Below, in pieces: positions 29,923 through 41,433 of a DNA stretch of 64,000 nt. A program made the position numbers and the translations under genes. Origin of the DNA: Promethearchaeia archaeon (GTDB lineage Archaea; Asgardarchaeota; Lokiarchaeia; Sigyniarchaeales; SOKP01); assembly GCA_029856145.1 (NCBI GenBank), contig JAHQWK010000024.1, forward strand, positions 1-64,000. The letters are read 5' to 3'. The stretch's first letter is position 1, and every line of letters starts with the position of its first letter. The notes beneath the pieces are model-generated. The model did no database searches and was not told where the DNA came from. It was given only the letters and a program-made list of their open reading frames with translations.

Positions 29923-31188
29923 ATGGCTAAAGCAAGAGATATTGGAGATAATAATAGTTTTGAAATGGGTAAACCATATTATTGTAAAGAATGTAAGCGA
30001 AATCATACAAAAGGAAAAATCTATAAAGAACATCTTAATTTTGCTCAATTTAAAAGCCAAAGTGAAGAAGATTTCGAGGAAGAAGACACTGAATTAACTA
30101 ACGATAAGTATGATGATGAAGCAGAATTAATTGAGGCTTTTGATGAACTTGAAAATGATGAAAATAATAGTGAATTTGAAAACCAATTTGACGATAACAT
30201 AGATATAGACAATGAAGATATAGATAATAATGGAGGTGCTATACAAGAATCCATTAACGCTGTAAAAAAACTTCCTGGTGTAGGGGAAGCTACATTAAAT
30301 AAATTAATAAAAGCAGGATTCTCTAGTTTAGAATCAATAGCATTTACACCTCCTAGTATTATCCAAGACGAAAGCGGTTTAGGAGAAAAAACAACAACAA
30401 AATTAATAAAGGCGAGTATGGAAGAATTAAATATCGGATTCAAGAGTGCTGAAGATGTGTGGGAACATAGAAAAAATATCGCTCGCATTACTACAGGAAG
30501 TCAAGAATTAGATGATTCATTAGGTGGAGGTGTTGAAACAGGTAGTTTAATCGAGTTCTTTGGGGAATTTAGAACAGGTAAAACTCAAATTATGCATCAA
30601 TTATGCGTAAATGTCCAATTACCTGAAGAAAAAGGAGGACTTGAAGGAAAAGCTTTATATATTGACACTGAAGGCACATTTAGACCAGAAAGAATTATTC
30701 AAATGGCTGAAGGGTTGGATTTAGATCATCAAAAAGTCCTTAAAAATATAGTTTTTGGCCGAGCATATAATTCTGATCACCAAGTTCTTTTAATTAAAGA
30801 AGCGGCAAATCTGATTAAAGAGCAAAACATCAAATTGATTGTAGTAGACTCAATTATAGGGCATTTTCGAAGTGAGTATATAGGTCGTGGTACATTAGCA
30901 AGTCGTCAGCAAAATATTAATTCCCATTTACATGATTTATTAAGATTATGTGATATATATTCAGATTTGGCAGTTGTTGTTACTAATCAAGTGCAATCGA
31001 GACCAGATGTTTTTTATGGCAATCCGTTAAAAGCCACTGGAGGAAATATTATAGCTCACGGTTCCACAATTAGAGTTTATTTGAGAAAGGGGAAAGGAGA
31101 ACAGAGAATTGCAAAAATTGTTGATGCACCTCATTTACCGGAAAGAGAAGCTATTTTTTCTATAACTGAAAGTGGTATTTCTGATTGA
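29923..31188 (+). CDS. radA: DNA repair and recombination protein RadA with an N-terminal extension
   Basis: HhH domain LPGVG, FKSA polymerisation motif, Walker [24 protein letters not shown] and TNQV. Confidence 0.95.
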   Translation: MAKARDIGDNNSFEMGKPYYCKECKRNHTKGKIYKEHLNFAQFKSQSEEDFEEEDTELTNDKYDDEAELIEAFDELENDENNSEFENQFDDNIDIDNEDIDNNGGAIQESINAVKKLPGVGEATLNKLIKAGFSSLESIAFTPPSIIQDESGLGEKTTTKLIKASMEELNIGFKSAEDVWEHRKNIARITTGSQELDDSLGGGVETGSLIEFFGEFRTGKTQIMHQLCVNVQLPEEKGGLEGKALYIDTEGTFRPERIIQMAEGLDLDHQKVLKNIVFGRAYNSDHQVLLIKEAANLIKEQNIKLIVVDSIIGHFRSEYIGRGTLASRQQNINSHLHDLLRLCDIYSDLAVVVTNQVQSRPDVFYGNPLKATGGNIIAHGSTIRVYLRKGKGEQRIAKIVDAPHLPEREAIFSITESGISD

Positions 31189-31209
31189 ATGATAAAATTC
31201 TACGTTAAA

Positions 31210-31713
31210 TTAAATTCTTATTTTCCAACCGTCTTTTTGAGTAAATATTATTTTCTCTTCTTTATTCAGTTGATAAATTATCTGGTTTATAGGTTTTTCA
31301 GAAATCGTAATTTTTTCTTTATTAGCTCTTTCTAAGACTTTTTCAGTTAATTGTTTTAATGATTTCACCGATTTTTCATCAAAAAGAATTTTTAAGATAA
31401 TTCTTTCCATTTTTTCTTTAATATTTAATGGAATCATCATGGTTCTATCATTTTCTAAGTCAGATACTGAGAAATTAATTCCATGATCTTGTTCTATAAC
31501 AATAGTTTTTAATTTTTGCTTTTCTGGTTTTTCCTGCATTTCTTCGTATTTCGCAACGACTTTGCCTTCTTTAGTAACCCTTATTACTTTTTTCTCTCCA
31601 TCATTAACGAGAGTATTTTTTTTAAATAAAACTGAATTTGATTCTGAACGTTCTTCCTCTTCTACATTCTTTTGCTTCTTTTCTCTTTTTTTCTTGATTA
31701 ATCTGCGAGGCAT
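31210..31713 (-). CDS. Hypothetical basic protein with a probable C-terminal winged helix
   Basis: Lys-rich N-terminus. C-terminal helix-helix-hairpin pattern INQIIYQLNKEEKIIFTQKDGWKI. Confidence 0.55.
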   Translation of the reverse strand: MPRRLIKKKREKKQKNVEEEERSESNSVLFKKNTLVNDGEKKVIRVTKEGKVVAKYEEMQEKPEKQKLKTIVIEQDHGINFSVSDLENDRTMMIPLNIKEKMERIILKILFDEKSVKSLKQLTEKVLERANKEKITISEKPINQIIYQLNKEEKIIFTQKDGWKIRI

Positions 31714-31884
31714 TTTATAAAATAGACTATTGGAATTCGGTAATTTATAAAACCGATTATTATAGATAAAAATATAGTTTCTGCTTTAAATATCTATCTT
31801 ACTCATTTAAAAGTTCATTCAAAAAACTCTAATTTTTACTTGAGGAATAAATAAAATAAAATTAAAAAAAAATAAAAAAAAAAA

Positions 31885-34800
31885 TTATACTAGTTTTTCA
31901 TATTCCTTTGCCTTATTTGATAATCGCTTAACTTCTTTTGTTAAATCTTCTCCTAATTTGAAGATTTCAGATGCTATTTTTGAAGACATTTTATATCTTT
32001 GAGCCGCTTCATTATATTTTTCTTCTTTAGCTGCTATTCTGGCTTCCTTTTCAAGGGTTTTCATTTTTGTCTTAAGATCTTCGATTTTAGTCAAACGTAT
32101 AAAATCATCGAATTCATGAGATTCTTTTACTAGTTCCCAATTTGAAGCAATTTTTAAAGCATTTTGGAAGATTTTAATAGATTTATCGTAATCTTTCTCT
32201 TTTCTTGCTACTATTCCATTCTTTTTTAAGTTTTTAATTTCTTTTTTGGCTCCTTTTATAGATTCAATTACAGCAGCTCCAGCTTTAGCCTCAATAGGAG
32301 CAGAGATAATTTCATGCCGTTCAGATAAACTTACAAAATATGCTTCCCTTTCAGCGGGTCCCATTTGAGCAAGGTCATTAACTAATTTTTGCTTTTCTTC
32401 TGGCGATAAACTGACTAATTGAGAAACTTTCTGATTAATTAAGTTCAATTCTTGTTGAGAAATAGGCTTAGCTTCAATGGCTGATATCTCAAGTGGCATT
32501 AATATTTTTTTATCTCTCAATTCTTTGATTCCCATGAAAATTTCTGCTGTATCTTTACCAGTCTTTTCAGTAGCATCTTTTAATAATGTGGCAATAAAAA
32601 AGAAATTTCTTTCTGAATCTTTCATTAAGTTTTTTGCGATTTTTAATACATCTCTAGATTGGGGTATCTTTAAAGCTTTAGCAGTAGAAAATTCATAGGT
32701 TATCTCATGAGGCAAAATAATTGAAGTACTTAGTATCTCATCTACAATAGTTCCGGCTCCTCTAAATATATTTAGCTGGCCTCTCCAATTAGGAAGGTCA
32801 TTACCATAAGCTCTCTCAAAACTATGTATGAATTCCATCAAATTTCTACGTAAAATCATTGAAGCTTTTTTACCTAATACTAAAGCAACTCTTATATATT
32901 CTCCATCTGACAAAAGCAGCATTTTATCTCCATATGATATTTCATTTAATTCTTCTTGGCTCACTAAATCTTTACCAAAGCTACTTATGGCAGAAATAAA
33001 CCCTGAAATTAATTCAGGATCAATTTGATCAGAACCAAACGATTTAAAATAGACACAAGTCCCCGTTCCTTTATAGAGAACTAATATATGTTCCAAATTA
33101 ATTGCATCATCAAAAATAGTTTTTACTTCTGTAAGAACACGAGATTTTTCCCGTTTTTTAGGAACTACAACACCTCTATAGATCGCAACTGAGCTTGCTA
33201 TAGCAACAGCAGCAACTCCAATGATAATAAGATATGGAAGCAAATCTTCAAAAGTTAAACCAGAAGATGGAGCATGTACTATAATATTATAGACATTTTT
33301 TGTGTCTCCTTCATGATAATACCTACTTTGTACTTCTATAGTCAATGTTATATTTCTAATAGTATTACTGGTTAAAATTTCAAATTCAACTTCGCCTGTA
33401 CTATTTGTAGGAGTCCATATGGTTGTTGTGCCCGGGGTTCCATCGAAAATAGGTGTGATTCTTACATTTGATCCGCTAGCAATTATCCAATCAGACCCAT
33501 TGTTATATTTTACTTGCAGGATTATATGAAATGAATCTCCTGCAGTAATTTGAGTTGGTTTATCCACTACAGAGATATTGATTATATATAGGGCCCTTAA
33601 TGTCAAATTGAAACTTAATATTGAAGTCTCAAAATCAGTTATAAATACTTTAACAGATATTTCATAGGTTCCCAGTGCGGTAATATCTGAAGTATCTATA
33701 GTTCCTTGATATGAATTTGTAGCATTATTCAAAGAATTGCCAATGTTACCTTCATTTGTGGGATTCCCAATTTCAACATAGGTTACTAGATAAGAGTTAG
33801 CCATACCAGTAACTAAAGAATCACCATTATCATTATCTGTAATATTAAAGTCAATGTATAGATCTCTTCCAACAAAACTTGTATAAGTGTTAGCTATACC
33901 TGTGAGAGTTCCTTCTCCTCCAGGATCAGATACAGAAATAATATAAGTCTGAGTATTATTCCCTTGATAATAGAAAATTACAGGTTCCAAACTTGTGGCA
34001 TAATTAGGTTCAAATGTGACATTTATCATTAGTTGAATCCATCCAGAATTTAATGCTGTTATTGAAATATTTAATATATAATACCCATTAGTTCCATTAG
34101 GATATAACCAAATTTTTCTTGGGAGTCCTGTTTGATTATCTTTTACCGTGACATCACCTACAGGAAGACCTGTGATTGGAAGATTATTATCTGTGTCATT
34201 GAAATAGAATAAGACTGTTTGGTTTAAACCATCTTTCTTTATAAGATAAGGTTCAGAATCAATAATCTCAAGATCAGTTTGGGATAATATAATTGTTAGA
34301 TAAACTGTGATATTTTTTGTTTCTTTCCCCGTTGCAATAACATTGAAAATAGATTTATATGGTAAAGCCGATGCCTGAACATTGCTTGTATCCAGTTGAA
34401 TTGTATAATTTCCTGGTTCTCCTACATTTTCAGTTATCGAGGATCCTGGTAGAAATGATGGATTTAATTGCAAAATAGCAGGAGTAGCTCCTATAATGGG
34501 TGTTCCTAATACATCTGAATAATTAAATTCATATTGTACAATTGTACCTCTTATTATATCACCAAAATCTTTTGTATCTGATGGAGCTATAGAAGTATAC
34601 TGTCTTAAATGGAATGAAAATTCTGTAGAGTCACTGTTGTAATTTGTTTTGGAAGCATCTATTCCGATATAATTCATTCTATAGTTATAATCGCTTGAAT
34701 TTATCTGAATTTGATAATATCCATTACCTTCATCAACAATAGGAGGTATAAATGTAGTATTTACAATAATCGTAGCTCCAGGAATACCTTGGTCTCCTGA

Positions 34801-36546
34801 ATTCAAACCAGTGTCATTATAAAATACTCTAATATTAAAAATATCATCAGGAAAATGATCTTCACCGATAGGAGGTGAAATTAAGACTAAATCTGTTACC
34901 GCCATGATAGTCAAATCTTTTTCTAAAAATCCTCCTGCAGTTTCATTATGCCACCATATTTGAACTTTAAATATTCCATATTCACTAGCAGTATCAGATA
35001 TAGTCCAACTTCCTAATGTTAGTTCTGAGTCCGGAGTTATTAAATCATCGTAATATGAATGATTATCATAATAACCCGGGGCAGGACTATAAACAGTTAA
35101 ATTAATAGCGCCATCGGAAATGATTTCTGAGAAATTCGCAAGAAAATTTACAGTATCGGTAAAATCAACTGTTATTAAATCATCTATGCCTACAACTGTA
35201 TGGATTTTTTTTAATAGATTTTTAGATTGAGCAGTAATATACCAATTAATCCCATTTTCTGCTTTAGAGATTTGAAGATCCAGATATCCTTTATTGATAG
35301 GGCCTAAACTAATATCACTAGTTTTATCCTGTGAAGGACCATTAAATGCTGTAAAATTTTCCCATATTCGAGGAACTGTGAAATTGATTCTGTAATTATC
35401 AAAATTTGTGTCAAAAAATGTTAATCCTCCACTTCTGGTAACATTCCAGTCAAGTGATTGACCGCTCCCTGAAATAGTAAAATCTGATGTGGCTTTTAAG
35501 TCTGTTTTAGTAAAATTGATTTGAACTTCTGAAACATTACATGAAACATCCCACCAATCAGCTGAAATTTCAAACTCTAGTGATCCACTAGGATCAAATA
35601 ATTCATTTGGAGTTGTCCAATACCCAGACCCCAGGCCAACATCAGTCACATCAGTATTGTTAATTTCAAGATTTATATCTGAAGGTCTTGCATCATTATT
35701 TTCAGGACTTAAGCCAAGCAATAACGACATATCCGCATTAACTTCAGGAGCCCCACCAGTTTGTCTCCAAACAATACTATTATATGTCCCATCGGTACCA
35801 TGATGCCAATAACCATTATTTGAACTTAAACAAGAAACTCTAATAAAAAATGTATTGCTGTAGGTGTTTGTAACATCAAGTTTCTGATGCCAACCCGTAA
35901 AATTTACCCAATATGCATTACCCGCAGCGATAAATGTGCTTAAAAAAGCTGCTCCTGTTATATCTTGGTCAAATTTAATATTTCCTCCTGTAAAAGTTGC
36001 ATTATAAATATCTACAAAAAAAGTATCACCTCCAATAGTTTGACTCAGATAAACTGAAATATTTTCTACATATCCATCACCTGGGACTTCAAACGAAGTA
36101 TAATAAGCTTCACTTAAGTGTTTAGTACTTGAGATTTCATCTTCAATTAATAATGTTTTATTTGGAGCGTAGATTCCTTCAATATCAATATTTATATATG
36201 AACTATTAAAACCAACGACTGTTGGTGAAGGCTCATAGAATGTATTTGCATTATCTAAATTTGGAAATTCAATATTTGTTGTGTTTAATAAAGCTTGATG
36301 TAAAGAAATATTGATATTTTCGCCATCTTTTCCAAATGAGGAAGAATAATCTGCCAATAAAGGAATATTTTCATTATCGAAAGGTATATCAGTATCTTTA
36401 TTGTTTTCAGAATCTCTTGTTAATTGATTTTGACTTAAGTTAATATAGTTTAAATTAATGGTTGTAACAACTGTTGTAAGTATTAGTAAGAAAAGGATAA
36501 GAAGACGTTTTGTTTTTGTAATTTTTAAATAGCTCATGATTGTCAT
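31885..36546 (-). CDS. Large receptor-like membrane protein: ~1100-aa beta-rich ectodomain, TM helix, longin-like domain and helical tail
   Basis: N-terminal hydrophobic leader and sequon-rich Ig-like repeats (G.PI.GA, G.Y.I.). TM is LLPYLIIIGVAAVAIASSVAIY. Longin pattern is HILVLYKGTG...DPELISGFISAISSF. Confidence 0.8.
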   Translation of the reverse strand: MTIMSYLKITKTKRLLILFLLILTTVVTTINLNYINLSQNQLTRDSENNKDTDIPFDNENIPLLADYSSSFGKDGENINISLHQALLNTTNIEFPNLDNANTFYEPSPTVVGFNSSYINIDIEGIYAPNKTLLIEDEISSTKHLSEAYYTSFEVPGDGYVENISVYLSQTIGGDTFFVDIYNATFTGGNIKFDQDITGAAFLSTFIAAGNAYWVNFTGWHQKLDVTNTYSNTFFIRVSCLSSNNGYWHHGTDGTYNSIVWRQTGGAPEVNADMSLLLGLSPENNDARPSDINLEINNTDVTDVGLGSGYWTTPNELFDPSGSLEFEISADWWDVSCNVSEVQINFTKTDLKATSDFTISGSGQSLDWNVTRSGGLTFFDTNFDNYRINFTVPRIWENFTAFNGPSQDKTSDISLGPINKGYLDLQISKAENGINWYITAQSKNLLKKIHTVVGIDDLITVDFTDTVNFLANFSEIISDGAINLTVYSPAPGYYDNHSYYDDLITPDSELTLGSWTISDTASEYGIFKVQIWWHNETAGGFLEKDLTIMAVTDLVLISPPIGEDHFPDDIFNIRVFYNDTGLNSGDQGIPGATIIVNTTFIPPIVDEGNGYYQIQINSSDYNYRMNYIGIDASKTNYNSDSTEFSFHLRQYTSIAPSDTKDFGDIIRGTIVQYEFNYSDVLGTPIIGATPAILQLNPSFLPGSSITENVGEPGNYTIQLDTSNVQASALPYKSIFNVIATGKETKNITVYLTIILSQTDLEIIDSEPYLIKKDGLNQTVLFYFNDTDNNLPITGLPVGDVTVKDNQTGLPRKIWLYPNGTNGYYILNISITALNSGWIQLMINVTFEPNYATSLEPVIFYYQGNNTQTYIISVSDPGGEGTLTGIANTYTSFVGRDLYIDFNITDNDNGDSLVTGMANSYLVTYVEIGNPTNEGNIGNSLNNATNSYQGTIDTSDITALGTYEISVKVFITDFETSILSFNLTLRALYIINISVVDKPTQITAGDSFHIILQVKYNNGSDWIIASGSNVRITPIFDGTPGTTTIWTPTNSTGEVEFEILTSNTIRNITLTIEVQSRYYHEGDTKNVYNIIVHAPSSGLTFEDLLPYLIIIGVAAVAIASSVAIYRGVVVPKKREKSRVLTEVKTIFDDAINLEHILVLYKGTGTCVYFKSFGSDQIDPELISGFISAISSFGKDLVSQEELNEISYGDKMLLLSDGEYIRVALVLGKKASMILRRNLMEFIHSFERAYGNDLPNWRGQLNIFRGAGTIVDEILSTSIILPHEITYEFSTAKALKIPQSRDVLKIAKNLMKDSERNFFFIATLLKDATEKTGKDTAEIFMGIKELRDKKILMPLEISAIEAKPISQQELNLINQKVSQLVSLSPEEKQKLVNDLAQMGPAEREAYFVSLSERHEIISAPIEAKAGAAVIESIKGAKKEIKNLKKNGIVARKEKDYDKSIKIFQNALKIASNWELVKESHEFDDFIRLTKIEDLKTKMKTLEKEARIAAKEEKYNEAAQRYKMSSKIASEIFKLGEDLTKEVKRLSNKAKEYEKLV

Positions 36547-36809
36547 AAATTTTTTAATTTTTTATATAACAATTAATCATTTATACTAATATTTTTATAG
36601 ATTAAAATTGAATGTTATTTTTCAATTTAAATTGTATAAATTATATCACGATTAACTGCTATAAATCTATCTTTTTTTAAGGAAATTATGATTGATTGAG
36701 TACATAGAAATAATCCAATATAGAAATTGAAACCCAATTTTAAGAAATAGGAAGAAAATTTATTGGATTTAAAAAGAAATAATAAAATAAAGGTATTAAA
36801 ATAGATTTG

Positions 36810-37508
36810 TTATTCGCGAGATTCTTTCTTCTTTAAAATAATTCTTGCATCTACACAAATTAATCCTTTTTCGTAAATAAACACGGGGTTGAGATCCATT
36901 TCATTAATCTCTTCGTGTTTAACCACGAGATCAGATATCGTTAATAACACATTTATTATTGCTTTAATATCTGCTTTAGGCTTTCCACGATATCCATCTA
37001 ATATTGGAAAACCCTTAATTTCATGAATCATCTCTTTAGCATCATATTCTGTTATTGGAGCAATTCTAAAACTAACATCCTCTAAGAGTTCAACTAAAAT
37101 ACCACCAATTCCAAACATTAACGCAGGACCAAATTGAGGGTCTGTAGTCATACCAATAATAAGTTCAGTAATTGGTTCATCAGCCATTTTTTGTACTGAA
37201 ATCTTTTTTTCCCTCTGAGATGGAATTTGCATTAGTTCATCGTAAGCTTTGTCTACGTCCTCTTTCGATTGTAAATTTAACTTTACCGCTCCAGTATCAG
37301 ATTTATGAACAACATCTTCTGCCATAAGTTTCAATACAATAGGAAAGCCAATCTCCTCGGCTGCAGAGACAGTTTCTTTTTTAGAAATAGTTAATTTTTG
37401 AACTGGAACAGGAATTCCAATTTCTCTAAGAAGCTCCTTAGATTCAAATTCAGTCAAAACTGTTTGGTTTGATTCAATCTTATTTTTCAAAACTTCAGCT
37501 ATATTCAT
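36810..37508 (-). CDS. ADP-forming acyl-CoA synthetase, beta subunit (ATP-grasp)
   Basis: LTEFESKELL, GFPIVLK, HKSD.G, DPQFGP, GIGGILVE and EMDLNP motifs. Confidence 0.9.
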   Translation of the reverse strand: MNIAEVLKNKIESNQTVLTEFESKELLREIGIPVPVQKLTISKKETVSAAEEIGFPIVLKLMAEDVVHKSDTGAVKLNLQSKEDVDKAYDELMQIPSQREKKISVQKMADEPITELIIGMTTDPQFGPALMFGIGGILVELLEDVSFRIAPITEYDAKEMIHEIKGFPILDGYRGKPKADIKAIINVLLTISDLVVKHEEINEMDLNPVFIYEKGLICVDARIILKKKESRE

Positions 37509-37669
37509 TATAATATTCCCGTTTTAGGATATTGAACTATTCCGTTCTAATTATTAAATTAAATTATAAAAAAAATATAAAATTAATTAAAAAGAATCAA
37601 AGAATAAAGTAAGGATAATTGAAAAAGACTATAAAATAAAATATAATTAAGAATAAAATTAAATGCGTA

Positions 37670-40513
37670 TTAAGATTTTTTCCATATTGTCATCCCTCTC
37701 CTCTTACGAATTCGCCATTTCCTCATCTCATCAACAACCGAAACGCTAAAAGCACCAACAAAAAGGGTTATCCAGTAATATGGGTGGAATAAAGGTACAA
37801 CATGAAATGCTATTCCCAATGGTGTAAATAGTATAAGTAATTGTAATCCTAAAGAAAGTCCAGTTGCCCAAAATAAATGTTTATTTGGAAACAAGTAAAA
37901 TGGTTTGATATTGGAAGTACATGTGTAAACAAACAATAATTCGCAAATGACTAGATTTGTAAATAATATCGATTGCGCTAATGAGATCGCATATAAGTTT
38001 GAAGCCGTACCCGCAGTTATAAAATCAGTACCTAACCTAGGATCAATTCCTGTTTGAGCCCATGCAGGGATTAATACACCCCAAAGTAGCAAATACAACG
38101 TTATATCTGTAATAGCTGTATAAATTCCAAGTAAAAGAACTGGACCTTTTATCTCAGGTAGTAAAGTGAATCCCTTTCTTGGTTTCTCTTTCATTACATC
38201 TGGATCCGTGGGCGTAAAGCCCAATACCATAGCGGGAATTCCATCCGTAGCTATGTTAAGCCATAAAATCTGAATTGGCGCAACTGGAAGGGCAAGAAAC
38301 ACAGATGAAAATAGTTTCATTACAATATATGCTACAAGAATTAAAAAGATCTCATCAAAATTAGTGCTTAACATGTATCGGAAGAATCCTTTAGTTGTTT
38401 CGAATATTCCACGTCCTTCTTCTATGGCATTTACAATTGTTGCGTAGTTGTCATCTATCAATATCATTTCTGAGGCTTCTTGAGTCACCTCAGTTCCTTT
38501 TAAACCCATCGCTACACCTACATGTGCTCCTTTCACAGCGGGGGCATCATTTACACCATCTCCGGTCATCGAAACCACTAAATCCAATTCCTTTAATCTA
38601 CGTAGAATCCTGAGTTTATGCTCTGATGTAACTCTCGCAAAAATATCTACAGCTTTAACTCTTTCCCGGAGATCATCATCACTCATTTCTTCTAATTCTA
38701 AGCCAGTAATAGCTTCACTTGATTCTGTTAATCCGATTTCATGTGCGATGGCAATAGCAGTAATCTTATGATCTCCTGTTATCATGATTGTCCTGATTCC
38801 TGCCATCCTGGCTTCTTCAATTGCGTCTTTTACTTCATCTCTAGCGGGATCAATAATTCCGGCTAAACCTAGATATATATAATCGCTTTCAATTTCTTCT
38901 TCAGTAAAATCTTCATTTAAAGGTTTATAAGCAATACCAAGAACTCTTAATGCATTTTTAGCAAATTCCTCATTCTTATTTAATATAATCTCTTTTACTT
39001 CATTAATTGGCTTCTCTTGTCCATGAAAAACCGCCTTACTAGCATTATTCAATAGAATATCTGGAGCACCTTTAATTAAAGCATAATTTCGATTATCTAT
39101 TTTTGATACTACGGACATCATTTTTCTATCAGAACTAAATGGAATTTCATAAATTTTTTCCGATTTAGTATCTAATTCCATTTTCATAGCTAAAACTTTA
39201 AGTGAGATCTCAGTTGGATCGCCGACCACATCTGTATCACTAGTCCCATCATTTCTAAGGGCAACATTGGAATTATTACAATACATACATACATCAAGAA
39301 ATCTTTTAAGATTGTTTTCATATGTTGCGGTAACTTGCTTTCCTTTCTCACCTACAATCTTTCCTTCAAGAGCATAACCAACACCTTCCACATTATACTC
39401 ATTTCCTCCAACAAAAACTTTTACAACTGTCATTTCGTTTTTTGTTAATGTACCTGTTTTATCTGAACAAATAACGCTTACCCTTCCCAATGTTTCTACT
39501 GCTGTAAGTTTACGAACCAGAGCATTACGATCAGCCATTTTGCGCATTCCTAAGGACATAACAACAGTAATTACAACTATTAAACCTTCGGGAACTGCAG
39601 AAACCGCTAAACTTATTGATATTTCAAATGCTTCAATAAGTTCATCAAGATTAAATGTTGTTGCTAATAAAAGAATTAGTTCCATTAGAAAAACTACTCC
39701 ACAGATTATTAGTATTAATATTCCTAAAAGCTTTCCAAATCTGTTTACCTCTTTTTGAAATGGACTAAGCTCAATTTTCTCTTCTTGCAAACTTACTGCT
39801 ATTTTACCTATCTCCGTATGCATTCCTGTTCCAATAACGATTCCTTCTCCATTTCCTCTAGTGATAATAGTGTTCATGTAGCCAAGATTAGTCCTATCGG
39901 CCAAAATCATTTTCTCCTCAACAGGATTTAATTGTTTTTTAACTGGTATTGATTCTCCAGTCAAAATTGCTTCATCAACATAAAGTGAGAATTCTCTATA
40001 AAGTCTGATATCCGCAGGGAATTTATCTCCATCTTCAAAAAGTGCGATATCTCCAGGAACAACATCTTCTACTCCAATTTCAATAACTCTTCCAGCCCTT
40101 CGAACTTTAGCAAAATGTGGTGCAAGTTTCTTAAGACTTTCAAGTGATTTCTCTGCTTGATACTCTTGGTAAAATCCTAAAATAGCATTTACTATCAAAA
40201 TTGCTGCAATCACTATAGCATCAGTATATTCTGAGGGCCACTCTTCTCCAGATTCAATGGATTCATATATTCCAATTGCTATTGAGATAATTATTGCAAA
40301 GATTAGAAGATAAATAAGGAAATCCTTAAATTGTCCTATGAAAATTTGCCAAGCCGTCTTACCCTTTTCTTTAATTAATTCATTTCTTCCATATTTCTCA
40401 AGTCTGGTTTGAGCCTCATTTTTAGTTAAACCCACCTCCATAGATGTATTCATTTTTTTAGCTACTTCTTCATAACTATTTGAGTGTGCTTGAATGTTAT
40501 CTAAATCCATCAT
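37670..40513 (-). CDS. P-type cation-transporting ATPase (P2A, Ca2+-like)
   Basis: TGES, PEGL, CSDKTGTLT, KGAP, MITGD, TGDGVND and QILWLNIATDG motifs. Confidence 0.95.
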   Translation of the reverse strand: MMDLDNIQAHSNSYEEVAKKMNTSMEVGLTKNEAQTRLEKYGRNELIKEKGKTAWQIFIGQFKDFLIYLLIFAIIISIAIGIYESIESGEEWPSEYTDAIVIAAILIVNAILGFYQEYQAEKSLESLKKLAPHFAKVRRAGRVIEIGVEDVVPGDIALFEDGDKFPADIRLYREFSLYVDEAILTGESIPVKKQLNPVEEKMILADRTNLGYMNTIITRGNGEGIVIGTGMHTEIGKIAVSLQEEKIELSPFQKEVNRFGKLLGILILIICGVVFLMELILLLATTFNLDELIEAFEISISLAVSAVPEGLIVVITVVMSLGMRKMADRNALVRKLTAVETLGRVSVICSDKTGTLTKNEMTVVKVFVGGNEYNVEGVGYALEGKIVGEKGKQVTATYENNLKRFLDVCMYCNNSNVALRNDGTSDTDVVGDPTEISLKVLAMKMELDTKSEKIYEIPFSSDRKMMSVVSKIDNRNYALIKGAPDILLNNASKAVFHGQEKPINEVKEIILNKNEEFAKNALRVLGIAYKPLNEDFTEEEIESDYIYLGLAGIIDPARDEVKDAIEEARMAGIRTIMITGDHKITAIAIAHEIGLTESSEAITGLELEEMSDDDLRERVKAVDIFARVTSEHKLRILRRLKELDLVVSMTGDGVNDAPAVKGAHVGVAMGLKGTEVTQEASEMILIDDNYATIVNAIEEGRGIFETTKGFFRYMLSTNFDEIFLILVAYIVMKLFSSVFLALPVAPIQILWLNIATDGIPAMVLGFTPTDPDVMKEKPRKGFTLLPEIKGPVLLLGIYTAITDITLYLLLWGVLIPAWAQTGIDPRLGTDFITAGTASNLYAISLAQSILFTNLVICELLFVYTCTSNIKPFYLFPNKHLFWATGLSLGLQLLILFTPLGIAFHVVPLFHPYYWITLFVGAFSVSVVDEMRKWRIRKRRGMTIWKKS

Positions 40514-40854
40514 AATAATATCAGTTTTTTTTATATGTTTTTGAAAAAAAAATAATTATTTTTCTTATATTCTAATTATTTAATTAATAAATTTAAATTC
40601 AATTATACTGATTAATAAAGAAAATATATTTCAAAAAATTGATAGTTCTCTAAAGTTAGAAGAAAAGAGCTCTAAAAAAAGATCTGAAGTTTTTATAATC
40701 ATTTCAAAAACATGTAATTTTCGATTCAACAGATCTAAGTCAAAAGAACCTAAATTGCTAATAAATATAAATACAAAATTTATATGTATAATATTTCTAA
40801 TAAAAGTTAAATTAAGTCTTCAAATTAAAAAAAAAACATTTGCTCTAGATCAAT

Positions 40855-41421
40855 ATGAGACCATCTCGAATTTTTAGAATGTTATTTAAGATTTTTATTT
40901 CCATACTAACTTTATCAGTTACCGTTGTTTCTATACTTGGTGGAATGTCTGCTTTTATGATCCTTCTAAATCCAGATAATATAGGAATAGATCCTGGTGA
41001 AATTGATATCAATTTTAATCCATCTCCATTAAATATTAACTTTACATTACCCTTTAATTTGACCAATGCAGGATATTTTGATTTGGAAAATCTTGAACTT
41101 AAAGTCGATCTTGCTATGAATTATAGTCATGTAGATTATCCTGTGCTAGGAGTAAATGAATCAAGAGTAATTCAAATATTCAATAAATCACAAAATTTTG
41201 GGACAATACCAAAAGGTATGACAGGGAACTTTAATTTTACCGGATTATTTAGTGACTTCAATTTTCCACCTTCATTCAATTTCACTTCAGATGTAGATTG
41301 GTCTATAGGTCCTCCCGCTATATTATTTTTTGCTAATTTCACTGTCAGTTTAGATTATTCAGTTGGGTTGCATTCAGTAATAATAGGTTTTATTAATATT
41401 CCTTTAGGAGGATTTCCATAA
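40855..41421 (+). CDS. Membrane-anchored protein with a LEA_2/Ig-like beta domain
   Basis: N-terminal TM helix, TLPFNLTNAGYFDLENL pattern and about 8 N-glycosylation sequons. Confidence 0.55.
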   Translation: MRPSRIFRMLFKIFISILTLSVTVVSILGGMSAFMILLNPDNIGIDPGEIDINFNPSPLNINFTLPFNLTNAGYFDLENLELKVDLAMNYSHVDYPVLGVNESRVIQIFNKSQNFGTIPKGMTGNFNFTGLFSDFNFPPSFNFTSDVDWSIGPPAILFFANFTVSLDYSVGLHSVIIGFINIPLGGFP

Positions 41422-41433
41422 GAGGTGTAACAA

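Noticed and set aside
15209-37508. Separated acyl-CoA synthetase alpha and beta genes as something unusual
   Set aside because: Unlinked alpha and beta genes are common in archaea, and both catalytic His motifs are intact.
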